Positions 1 to 10,959 of a stretch of DNA of 64,000 bases are shown here, one piece after another. A model generated the notes under the pieces. It saw only the letters and a program-made list of their open reading frames with translations. It was not told where the DNA came from and made no database searches. A program made the translations under genes and the position numbers. Numbering within the stretch: position 1 is the first letter of the stretch; every line of letters starts with the position of its first letter. Location: contig NC_058375.1 in assembly GCF_018350175.1 (NCBI RefSeq), positions 33,728,001 through 33,792,000 of the forward strand. The letters run 5' to 3'. This stretch comes from Felis catus. Its lineage: Eukaryota.

Positions 1-49
1 TCTTGACATACAGAATCTTATATGCTCCTTGCCATTACTCTGTACCACA

Positions 50-140
50 GATGTTTCATCTCTAACAGGTGGGATGACTGAGGCCAATGGAAGTGAAGGT
101 ACTTGCCCAAGGTCACACAGCTGGGTAAGTGACAACCCTG
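50..140 (-). mobile_element. MIR fragment
   Basis: actgaggcc...acttgcccaaggtcacacagct core. Confidence 0.75.
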
Positions 141-199
141 GGACATTCAAGAAGAGCTGAATTTAAAATGTGGTCATGGGGTAGTAATTGTAAGGATTC

Positions 200-650
200 A
201 ACAGAAAATCCCACAGGTATCCAAGCACAGGAAACAAAGGGGGAACTGGAGGTAGCAAGTCAGGAGCCAGAGTCATGCTCTCAGTGACTGGGGTCTCTTC
301 TCTGTGAGGTCTCTTCTCTGCTGCCCAGCATGTCTACTCTTTATCATTTCTGCAAGATGTCCACTTTTTTTTCTCTATAGTGTCGACTCCCCTGTAACTT
401 TGGCTACCACCACACCGACTCTGGTTGTTAGTACCTCAGGCACCCACAGCTCACTGACATAGATTTCTAGTGTTGTCATTTTGAATTCTCAGAGAATTGC
501 CCTCCAGACTGGGGCAGGTGTACACCCTTGATAGAATTCAGCAGTGGCCAGGGGTTGGCTAGGTCCCCTGCTACAAACATGGCTACCTAATGCCTTGCCT
601 TCTATGGGTGAGGATAGTTTCCAGAGAAGGACTGGTGGGCAGTCAGGCAT
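200..650. mobile_element. Old MLT1 (J/K-like) LTR fragment
   Basis: caggtgtacacccttgatagaattcagcagtggccagggg resembles the MLT1J/K consensus. Confidence 0.4.
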
Positions 651-883
651 CCTATATAATATTACAGGTATGAATCCAGATCTCCTGACTTACTTGCCAG
701 TGACAGAGCTGCCCATCTTTCTTTCCCTTCGTATCCAACTCAACAAAGGTTTGATGAAATCCATGTAAGCTACTGTGCAAGGTGCCATGTGTGTATGACT
801 CAGCTTCTGTCAACTCTGTCCTCCTTCCCCCAAGGCCAAGGACAGAACAGGGAAGTCCTTGTCTCCTTAATAGACAGATCACT

Positions 884-1831
884 ATGCAGAGCCTCGGCAA
901 GGAGAACCACAGCTTTGTATCTGAGTTCATCCTCCTTGGCTTCTCCAGTGAGTCACAGGTCAGAATAGCCCTGTTCTCCTTCTTCCTTCTCCTCTACCTC
1001 ATCATTCTTCTGGGCAATGGACTCATCATCACCCTGATCTACATGGACTCACACCTCCACACACCCATGTACTTCTTTCTCAGCATCCTCTCCTTGGTGG
1101 ACATGAGCTATGTCACTACCACCATGCCCCAGATGTTGATTAATATGGTGTGTCCAAAGAAAACCATCTCCTGGGGAGCTTGTGTAGCCCAAATGTTCAT
1201 CTTCTTGGTCCTGGGCATTGCTGAGTGTGTGCTCTATGCCATTATGGCCTATGACAGGTATGTGGCCATTTGCTTCCCCCTTCACTATCCCTTGCTCATG
1301 GGCCGCTCCATTTGTATCAAGATGGTCACAGGCTGTTGGGCCATTAGCATAGCTGGGGCCCTGATCTACACTGTCTTCACCATGCGTCTGCCTTATTGTG
1401 GCCCCTACAAGATAAACCACTTCTTTTGTGAGGTCCCTGCTGTCCTAAAGTTGGCCTGTGCAGACACATCCTTCAATGACCATTTGGACTTCATCTTGGG
1501 TTTCACCCTGCTCTTGGTTCCATTCTCCCTCATCCTGGTCTCTTATGTCTGCATCTTTGCCTCCATCTTAAGAATCCACTCATCCCACGGGAGGCTCAAG
1601 TCTTTCTCCACATGTGCCTCCCACATTACTGTGGTCATTATGTTCTATGGGCCAGCCATGATAATGTACATGAGGCCTGGCTCCTGGTATGACCCAAAGC
1701 GGGACAAGAAGCTAGCTCTGTTCTACAATGTTGTCTCTGCCTTCCTCAACCCCATCATCTACAGCCTCCGGAACAAAGATGTAAAGGGGGCCTTTCTGAA
1801 TGTATTTGGTAACAGAAGGGCATCTCAGTGA
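884..1831 (+). CDS. Olfactory receptor OR-A (class II, 315 aa, intact; probably OR13P/OR10AK-type)
   Basis: Uninterrupted ORF with OR motifs NHS (N-glycan), EFILLGF, GN, LHTPMYFFL, MAYDRYVAIC, HFFCE, SY, KSFSTCASH, FYG, LNPIIYSLRNK. Start placed at ATG 884 (MQSLGKEN) because a pyrimidine-preceded acceptor AG ends at 873. Confidence 0.96.
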   Translation: MQSLGKENHSFVSEFILLGFSSESQVRIALFSFFLLLYLIILLGNGLIITLIYMDSHLHTPMYFFLSILSLVDMSYVTTTMPQMLINMVCPKKTISWGACVAQMFIFLVLGIAECVLYAIMAYDRYVAICFPLHYPLLMGRSICIKMVTGCWAISIAGALIYTVFTMRLPYCGPYKINHFFCEVPAVLKLACADTSFNDHLDFILGFTLLLVPFSLILVSYVCIFASILRIHSSHGRLKSFSTCASHITVVIMFYGPAMIMYMRPGSWYDPKRDKKLALFYNVVSAFLNPIIYSLRNKDVKGAFLNVFGNRRASQ

Positions 1832-2253
1832 CCCAGGATGTTTCAGAGTTGCCCAGAGTCATGTACAACAATGACTATGTCATGGTTCAAGGCCATCGCT
1901 TTATTGCTTTTCCTGGATTCTCTCTTCACCCTCTGGAAGTTTCTGTCAGTTCAATCAGATCACAGTCAAATGTTTAACATGCACACATGCTTTTCTACAG
2001 TGTAGAGGATTTGGGATAAAAATCATGTAAAGAGTAGACAGATTATACGGAATCACAGTCTTGCATTACTGTCTGACATGCACTTACAAGTAATAATTAA
2101 CATTGTTTTTTGCACTAGGAGCTATAAATTCCAAGCTAGAACTATTTTACACACATCTGTGTAACAATGTGGCTAATAATTGATTTGACCTGGACTCAGC
2201 TTCTGATACTCTTACCTGATTTTACTATTTAAATCTCACTTTTATTTTGAAAA

Positions 2254-2284
2254 AATAAATACTGTATGTATTTCATAAAATAAA
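2254..2284 (+). terminator. Candidate poly(A) signals of OR-A
   Basis: AATAAA at 2254 and 2279, about 420-450 nt after the stop codon. Confidence 0.4.
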
Positions 2285-2435
2285 AACGTGTATATGTACC
2301 TCTATATATCTGTATGCATATTTCTACCTCTATATAGAGAGAAAGGGAGAGAAAGAGGCAGAGACTCACAAAGAGAAGTAATAGAAATAAAATAACAAAG
2401 GCCCCATTTTTCCAAATCCCAAATAAACACTTGTT

Positions 2436-2561
2436 GGGGTGCCTGGGTGGCTCAGTAAGCTAACCATCTGACTCTTGATTTTGGCTCAGGTCATGATCTC
2501 ATGGTTTGTGGCATCAAGCCCTGTGTTGGGTTCAGGGCTGAGTGTGGAGCCCGCTTGGGAT

Positions 2562-2592
<31 letters not shown>

Positions 2593-2613
2593 AATTAAAT
2601 AAATCTAAAAAAA
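2436..2613 (+). mobile_element. CAN-SINE (older)
   Basis: ggggtgcctgggtggctcag head, (CT)n, A-rich tail. Confidence 0.9.
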
Positions 2614-2759
2614 TATGTGCCCTTTGAATATTCTCAGCTCCTCTGGGTCAACCACTATCATTAAACTGAGGTCTACTCCATGTAGTTTTAAACTTTAAAC
2701 TTTTGCTTACAGACAATTGCATCCATAAGCAACACATAGAATTGTTCTTGCATGAATTT

Positions 2760-2978
2760 TTAAAAATTTTTTTTTCAACGTTTATTTATTTTTGGGACAG
2801 AGAGAGACAGAGCATGAACGGGGGAGGGGCAGAGAGAGAGGGAGACACAGAATCGGAAACAGGCTCCAGGCTCTGAGCCATCAGCCCAGAGCCTGACGCG
2901 GGGCTCGAACTCCCGGACCGCGAGATCGTGACCTGGCTGAAGTCGGACGCTTAACCGACTGCGCCACCCAGGCGCCCC
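2760..2978 (-). mobile_element. Young felid CAN-SINE (SINEC_Fc-type)
   Basis: CpGs retained. Perfect 17-bp TSD tgttcttgcatgaattt (2743-2759, 2979-2995). Confidence 0.95.
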
Positions 2979-3494
2979 TGTTCTTGCATGAATTTGAAAA
3001 TTTATAATGGTAGCATGATATCCATATTATTCTGAAAACACTATAATTCAACATCCTGTTTCTGACATCTACCCATTCAATATACACAAGCCTAATTCAT
3101 TCTTTGCAGTGAGCATTTAAATATAACACTTCTCATTTACCTAATCCTATATTGTTGAACATTTATTTTCCAATTTTTCTTTGAACATTTCTCCATTGTA
3201 AGTACTGTTTTCCTAGGATTTGTATATAGTGATGGACTTGGCATTATAGATTGTAGATCAAAGCAATTTCAAGTTTACTAGATACTCCTAAATTATTCTT
3301 CCAAATAATTATACGGATACACACCTCCAGTTCTCATCAACACTTGATACTACTTATCTATCTCAAACATCCTAAACTTGCTACCTATCTCATGGATGGA
3401 AAGTGGTAAAAATCATTTTTTTGTTTCATTTGTAATTCCCTGATTGCTAATGAATTTAGCATTTTTTCATAAGATTCTTGGTAGTTCTGGGTAG

Positions 3495-3715
3495 TAAGTT
3501 CTGGACTCAGACTACTGTGTTCTAATCCCAGCCCTACCCTTTACTAACTCAGTGGTGATGGGCAAGGTACCTAACTTCTCTGAATCTCAGTTTCCTCATC
3601 TGTTAATAGGAAGAAAATAGTAGAGACATCAGAAGTTTGTTGGAAGGATTAAATGAGACAATACATGTCAAGCACTTGTCATAGTGAAAAACAAATTGTA
3701 AATGTTCAGTGAATA
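3495..3715 (+). mobile_element. MIR within old L1 debris
   Basis: gggcaaggtacctaacttctctgaatctcagtttcctcatctg...gattaaatgag. Confidence 0.8.
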
Positions 3716-3904
3716 TGAGATACTGTTTGCCTTTTCTTTGTTTGATTTGTAGTTTATTATATATTTTGGGTATTGCTTCTTTGTTACATGCATTGAAGAT
3801 ATCTTTTCCTCAGTTTGTTGCTTGTTTTCTTTATTGGAAAAGTAATATAATATTTATTCTTAAACTTTTATAAAACAGATGCAAACAAAAAGAAGACAAT
3901 GAGG

Positions 3905-4012
3905 GGGGTGCCTGGGTGGGTGTCTGACTCTTGATCTCTGTGTAGGTCTTGATCTCAGGGTTGTAAGTTTAAGCCCCATGTTGGGCTCTACGTTGGGTGT
4001 GAAGTCTACTTA
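3905..4012 (+). mobile_element. Short CAN-SINE variant
   Basis: ggggtgcctgggtgg...cttgatctcagggttgtaagtttaagcccc. Confidence 0.7.
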
Positions 4013-4184
4013 TCTCCTTAGACCTGGAGATAATTACTGTTAACAAACATCTCAATGTCTATATTTTAGGGTTTAAAAGATTTTAAATTGTTTTTATTAA
4101 TATTTTAAAGAAATACAATTATTAAACTATTATGTTTATGATTTCTTAAAAGGTTTTAACATTCATTTTTGGTCATATTCTCAT

Positions 4185-4680
4185 TTTATTTTATTTTTTA
4201 GAATAGTTGACACACGACATAGTTTCAGGTTTACAACATAGTGATTCAACATCTCTACACATTATGTTGTGCTTGCCACAAGTGTAGCTACCTCTGTCAC
4301 CATAGGACACTATTACAATATCATTGACTATGTTTCTCATGCTATACCTTTTATTCCCATGACTTATTCATTCCATAACTGGAAGTCTGCGTCTCCATAA
4401 CTGGAAGTCTGCGTCTCCCACTTCCCTTTGTCCATTTTGCCCATCCCCCCCACCTCCCTACCCTCTGGCGACCATCAGTTTGTTCTCTGTATTTATAGGT
4501 CAGATTCTGCTTTTTTGTTGTATGTTTATTCTTTTGTGTTTTAGATTCCATGTATGAATGAAATCATATGCTATTTGTCTTTCTCAGCCTGACTTATTTT
4601 ACTTAGCATAATACCCTCTAAGTGGTCCATCCATGTTGTCACAAATGGCAAGATCTCATCCCTTTTTATGGATACGTAGT
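4185..4680 (-). mobile_element. L1 3' end (L1_Carn/L1MA-like)
   Basis: acttagcataataccctcta...atccatgttgtcacaaatggcaagat. Contains a perfect 22-bp tandem duplication at 4372-4415. Confidence 0.85.
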
Positions 4681-4889
4681 GATTTTTTAAATTGAATTAT
4701 ACAATATATATTTTCCTGTAACTTGATGTATTCACTCAATAATAGGTTTTGACATTTATCATGTTGATTTGTTTTCATTGCTAAAGAGTATTCTTTTCTT
4801 TTTATTCTGATGAATAGAATAATGACTTTTAATAAATAGAATTTTTAATAAACTTATGAATCTTTTCCTTTATGGCTTTTCTTAAATGA

Positions 4890-6150
4890 ACATGTATCAA
4901 AGATTTCACTGAGCTCATTAATTCATGAAGGAACTAGTAAGATGTTAGGACTGGGCCAAAGTATATTCTCTACTGGAAAAATTTCATTTGCATTTCTACG
5001 AATAGGAATTATTTGCATTGTTATAGACAGAAATCATTTTTCTTTCTACCAGTTTTCTAGAATTTAACAGTTACATCTGTAGAGCTATAAAACATCCAAG
5101 GCCATAGAAAATCAATTAAAATAGTACACCCTTATAAAGTCAGATAATCTTCAGAGGGTCTACTAAACAACATCTGGCACTGTACCAAGAGGACACCAAG
5201 AAATCCCTTTTGCCTTTTTGCAAGTCTCAGATGATTTTCTTTTCTTACAACACCCATCCTTGTGATATTAAATAATCTTTAAAAATTATCTTGATTAAAA
5301 AAATACCGGTCTCATTATGTCTGGCCTCGTTGTTTATATAGGTGTAACACGCAGAATGTTAGCCACATGGACCATCTGTAGTTTGCTTTGCAAATCTAGG
5401 GACATGTAGTATTGAGTCACTTCTAAAGTCACAGAATTAATTTCTGCCTGTAAGTTTTCATATGGAAATCTCACATTGGACTTTTAAAATTCTCTATTAT
5501 TTGTTATGCTAAGGCTGGAAAACCAATCCCAAGAAATTAACTCCTTCAAATTTTCCCATAGTACCTATAAATTTGGGGTGAATTCCTTTCTTATGAAGGC
5601 TCTGAAATTTGCTTAAGTTTTCTGCTGGCCAGTGGGTGACATTTCTTAACATCTATAAGGTTGGGACCTTATAAGCCAGATAACAGGTTAGTTTTTCTGG
5701 GAGAGCTTTATAGAGATTGAATTCACAAGTCAACTCAACCCTTGCTACTTAATAATAGCTCAGCATGCTTGCTTAAGAGGTAATAATTCTTAAATATAAT
5801 CTTTGTTAAACAATCAGTTTGACCAAGTATATCCTGGGTAAAAAGAAGACATAATTATTGAATGTATGCTAATAAGTAAAGAGACTAATTTAAGTGTCTG
5901 AATTGTGGTAAGTTAATAAAAATCAGGTTATCAGTTAAAAATGTTTCACTGCAGTTCAAAAACAGTGAATCTACTAAATCAAGTATTAGAGACAGCTTGA
6001 GGGGAAAGAGGAAAGGTTTTCTCATATATCCAAAACACCCCGAACATTAAAAACAATAGCAACAATGATCTGAACAAATAATCTCATTGGTTAATTCCAC
6101 TCCATGTGATTAACTCTTGCTCTGCAGAATCTTGGACCAGCAGCTAGTAT
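4890..6150. mobile_element. Probable ERV1 (MER4-group) internal fragment
   Basis: AT-rich non-coding sequence resembling MER31/MER34-int-type internals. Recognised from memory only. Confidence 0.35.
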
Positions 6151-6527
6151 CACAAAGTCACGCGGTTGTTGGCAAGAGTCAGCTCCTCATTGGCTATTGC
6201 ACTGAGGGTCTCAGTTCCGTGTTGTCCATTGGCCAGCGGCCACCTCTGTTCCTTGCCACATGGACTTCCCCATAGAGCAGCTCACAAGAAGCCAACTTAC
6301 TTTATCAGAGCAAAAGCTGAGAAGAGCCAGAGAGAGAGAGTTCAAGCAAAATGGAAGTCAGTCTTTTATTACCAAATCTCAGAAGTAATTATCTCATTGC
6401 TTTTGCCCTATTTTCCATTAAAAGGAAAATGCTGGGTTCCAAGCACACTCAAGTGGTGGGGATTACACAAAGGTGTGACTACCAGGAGGTAGGCATCACT
6501 AGGGGCTACCTTAGAAAGCTGCCTACC
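6150..6527 (-). mobile_element. MLT1 (F/G-like) LTR fragment
   Basis: cacactcaagtggtggggattacacaaaggtgtgactaccaggaggtagg...gctgcctacc. Confidence 0.75.
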
Positions 6528-6703
6528 TGAGAGGCACCTGAATGAAGATCAGACAGGAAATGGCAGTTGGTAATCTTGCATAATTTTTCCCACAGGTTGG
6601 AACCATTGAAGGTTCTTGAGCAGGGGAGGAACCAAATCAGAGCTGAAGGTTAGCTGAAGATGACTTTAGGAGCTATGTGAACACTTACTGCCTACAGAGC
6701 CTG

Positions 6704-7428
6704 TGTGATATTGTGATTTATAATAAGAAATATATATACAGTCTTATGGTTCCTGGCACAGAGCTCCTAAGAACCTTGGAATTTCCTAAGTGATGAGAGC
6801 CATAAAGGTGTCTTTGTTGTGTCAACGAGGTGACTTTTGAACAACCAGTGGAGCCAACCATGTGATTAGAGAACTTTCAGTCTCATCCTCAACCTTCTGG
6901 GAGAAGAGAGGAGCTGGAGCTCAAGCACCAATGCCCAGTGATTTAATCAATCACAACTAGGTAATGAAGCCACCATAAAAACCCAAAAGGTTGGGTTCAG
7001 AGAGCTTCTGGGTTGGTGAACACCTGGATGTGCTGGGAGGGCAGTGCACCTGGAGAAGGCATAGATGCCCCATGCCCCTTCCCACATACCTTGCTCTGTG
7101 CATCTCTTCCATCTGGCTACTCCTAAGTTACATCCTTTTACAACAAACTGGCAATACAGTAAGTAAATGTCCCTCTGAGTTCTATAAGCCATTAGCAAAT
7201 TAATTGAACCCAAGGAAGGGTCCGATGCACAGGTGACAGCTTGGGCTTCTGATTGGTGTCTGAAGTAAGAGAGTGGGAAAAGTCTTGTAGGACTGAGCCC
7301 TTAACCTGTGGGATCTGACTCTATCTCCAGGCAGACTGTGTGAGAATTAAGGTGGCTTGTAGGCACCAGGTAGTATGGCAAAGCTGCTTGGCCATGTGGA
7401 GAAGAACCCACGTTGGAATTTGGTATCA
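6704..7428 (+). mobile_element. MER21-type solo LTR
   Basis: Begins TGTGATATTGTG; contains ggttcctggcacagagctccta, ggttcagagagcttctgggttggtgaacac and aattaattgaacccaagga. Confidence 0.75.
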
Positions 7429-8510
7429 GCGTTATCACCCTGCCAGTTGAGGAAGGAGGTGGATCACACACCTACAGTCCCTGAGTGCTTGGGGTGGCCA
7501 GTCAGGAAGAGGGCATTCCAGGCTGGGCCAGGGAAATGCTGGGAAAGAAACAGCCTCCAGGGGTGTGAGGAGGTCTCTGGGGCGGGAGCTTCCCTGTGGG
7601 GCAGGCAAAGGCCTCCAGCCTTGAGGGTCTCAAAGGGAGCTGAAGTCAGATTTAGCTGGTTGTGGACCCCACCAAATCCTGAGCTTCCCTCAAAAGAGCA
7701 AGAGGCCTCTGTGGCTTGGTCAGTGCTGCAGTGGACTCCCTGTGGGAGTCAGGTTCAGGAGAGCAGGGAATAGGAGAGAGACCCTGTCACCGAGGAGGAA
7801 GCACCCGGCCCTCGGTGTGGCTACAGGAGAGAGAGGGGACTTCATCCAGGGAGTACAGGGCACAGTGAGGCTCCAGGGCTCCCAGCCCTGGCTTCCCACA
7901 CCCTACAGCACCCAAGAGGCAGCCGAATATGAGCTGAGTGTCCCAGCCTGAGGAGCCCTCCTGTCCCAGAAGCCAGGCTCTTGGGCTCAGCTCTCAGTGG
8001 CCTCTCCCTCATGGAGATCTCAACTAAATCATACCTATGTAATGAAGCCAAACCCCAGTCTGGCTCCTGGGGGCATATTGGGCCAAGTTCCAAATGCGAT
8101 GCCAGCCCCCTGGGCCATCTGTGAGCAACTGGCCTTCTCCTGCCCAGAAAGGATAGAGTCTGAAGTTTCTTTTGCCCTCCAGGCAGGACTGATCTCCTCC
8201 TCACCCTTTGGCCAAAGACATCAAAAGAGGAGGCTCCAAGGTCTTTGCTGCTGCCTCAAAATTGCAGGATGTAAGTTCTTTCTGTCACCTGTCTTTAGCA
8301 CTTATTGCTACAGTTCTAGCCCCTTCTCTCTTGCTCTACTCTCCACCAAGAAGAAAAAAAGCTTCTCACAAGTGATTTGAAATGCCAGAACACACTCTCA
8401 AAGGGCAGAGGCCTGAGAGCCACTGAGCAGTTTAAGACCTCCATGGGCACCGTCTTTATAAGACACATGAGGAAATGTACCCATGTCCCACATTAAACAT
8501 AATTAATGTA

Positions 8511-8730
8511 GGGGCGCCTGGGTGGCTCAGTCAGTTGAGTGTCGACTTTGGCTCAGGTCATGATCTCACAGCTCGTGGGTTTGAGCCCCGCGTCGAGCTC
8601 TGTGCTGACAGCTCAGAGACTGGAGCCTGCTTCGGATTCTGTGTCTCCCTCTCTCTCTGCCCCTAACCCACTCACATCCTGTCTCTGTCTCTCCCAAAAA
8701 TAAATAAACATTAAGAAAAAAAATTTTTAA
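8511..8730 (+). mobile_element. CAN-SINE inserted in a probable old hAT element (about 8425-8966)
   Basis: Degenerate TSD aaacataattaatgta / agacattattaatgta. Confidence 0.9.
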
Positions 8731-9429
8731 AGACATTATTAATGTATCACTTACTATGTAACTATGTAAAAGTTGAATGAGCTCACACTAACTTGATAAA
8801 ATGTTATATTAAAAGTCATTTAAATATTTACTAATTTTTATTTTGTGAGATCTCTGTTTTTCAGCAAATATTCTTTGCTTTAGGGTCTCTGACACATCTG
8901 TAGATTATGAAAGCCCAAAGACCCTAGACACTTTGTCTGCAGTACCAAATGGATGAAACAGCCCTGGGGATGCCACTTGGCAGGGGGAGGGGACAATTTC
9001 TTGGCCTCCATCACCTTAGACCTCCCAGGGTGCCTTATTTTTTTTTCCCCCTGGGAAAGGAGGGATAGCTGAGAAAAGACCTGCCCTCAGGGCACTGTCT
9101 GAGCCCCACACACACCCTCCCCAGCATCCGCAACGCCACCCCTGGCTGGGCTTCATCTCTCCTAGCCAGACCTGGGCCTCCAGAAGGCACGGCCTGAGGT
9201 CCCTGGGGGGTGACACCCTTTAGTGGGAGCCTGGGCTAGAGGCTGCAGAGACTGTCCTGACTAGGGCCCCATGGACACATGCCACTCTGGAGTGGCCCCT
9301 GAGTCTGAAGGAGTCCTGCCCACAACCCCCTTCTCCGCAGGATTATAAGCTTAGGACAGCATGCCCCCAACCATCCTGGGGAAAAGCGAGGCTACTGGCT
9401 GTCTGCCTCCCCCAGCCTTGCAGCGAGGC

Positions 9430-10500
9430 CGGGTAGGAACCCAGCCTGATCTGCAGTCCTGCTCACCAGCTGCCTGTCTCTTTCCCCACGTCTGTGTGAG
9501 TGTGCGCACGACTGTCTGTCTGCCTGTCTTTCTCCGGCGTGCGATCTTCTGTCTCTGCCTCTCTTTCTCTGTCTTGCTTTCCATCCCTTTCTGCCCATCT
9601 CTTTCTGCCTCTGTTTCTGCTTGCTGCTCTGTTTCTCTGCCTCCAAGTGTCTGTCTCTCTGCCCCTCCTCCTGCAGCTCTGGCTCGGCTGTGCTGACTGA
9701 TCTTCAGCACTCTGCCCCTCTTGCCCTGTTGACTATGTGTATTGCTCCCCGGACCACAGCATGAGTCTGCGGCAAGGCCTCTCTCTACCCATCCCTGGTC
9801 CTCCTCTTCTCTGCCTCTGCTGTCTCCGTGATTCACATGGATCTCCCCCCTGGGTTTCCCTGGGTCTCCCCCTTGAACCTGACCCTTGGCCCAATCGCTC
9901 CTTCACCTTCCTGCCATCTCAGCCTCCACTCCTCTGTCACTGTCTGGTCTGCACTCGCCCACCTTCTTGCTCTCCACCTCCAGCTCCTTATCTCTCCTCT
10001 CTCCACACCCCTGCCCTACGGCGTCTGTCCCTCTCCTCCCCGTTTGGTCTCCACCAGCTCTCTGAGGTGCAGTGGCCCTCCCTGGGCAGCCCTCCTGCAG
10101 TTCCCACCCCACCTTCCCAGCACTGCAGACCATCACCTGTCTCTCCTTGGCTCCCACCTCTTTCCCTTCTGTGTCTTCTCCTCATTCTGTCCCTCTGACC
10201 CTCTCCCCATGGGTCTCCACCGTCCCACGGCTCTTTCCTTCAGTCCTTTCTCCTCTTCCTTCGGAAAGAGAAGAATGACCATTCTTCCACTTTCTTCCTC
10301 CTTCAGTGCTGGTCTTTTCTCTCTCCTGTCAGTGCCCCTCACATTCTGGTTCTCTGTGCCTCTCTGCCTCCTTATCACTTGTATGCGAGTCTCTTTTTCC
10401 CTCCCAGAGCCTCTCTCTCTTTTCCCATTATTTTTTCTGCGTTTGTTGCTTTCTGGGTCAAGTTTCCTATTTCTCTGGGTCATGCTTAGCACCTGCAGGT
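9430..10500 (+). repeat. CT-rich (polypyrimidine) low-complexity tract
   Basis: About 1.1 kb of strongly C/T-skewed sequence that generates spurious Leu/Ser/Pro and Arg/Glu/Gly ORFs. Confidence 0.8.
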
Positions 10501-10959
10501 CAACATTGATACTGGGGGAGGGTGTACGTGTGTGTGACAGGGGAAAGGGCTGGAGAAAGGAAAAGGGAGGAGAAACCATATATCTTCAGAACCTGACAGA
10601 ATTAAATATTACTGTAATCAACCTCCATTTTTACGGATAAGAAATAATTACTGGCTCTGAGTCATGGCAGTAAATAGCAACAGTGAAAACCTAAAACTCT
10701 CGGGCCTTTCATCTCCTAGCTGTGCTGCAGAAGAGTAGATATGAGAGGAGGAGATAAATATAAGGGTCCAAGTGAAGAAGCAAACAATTTTCCTCTAATT
10801 TCTATTACATCCTAACAAGGGCCCAAGGCTGGCACCCCCAGCCCCAAGCCACAGACAACCTGGGGATTAGACAACCTGGGCCCCTTACCAGGACCTTGCA
10901 ATCAGACAACCCTTTCCTGTCCTCTCACTGGTACAGGTCATCATCAAACCTGGCTGTGG

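Noticed and set aside
782-883. 34-aa N-terminal extension of OR-A in the ORF track
   Set aside because: Starts at GTG and crosses a splice acceptor at 873. The ATG at 884 gives a typical OR length.
1049-1420. Antisense ORFs over OR-A (and 19774-20193 over OR-B)
   Set aside because: Shadow ORFs caused by OR codon usage.
9351-10640. Overlapping ORFs up to 270 aa
   Set aside because: By-product of stop-poor CT-rich low-complexity DNA; no recognisable domain.
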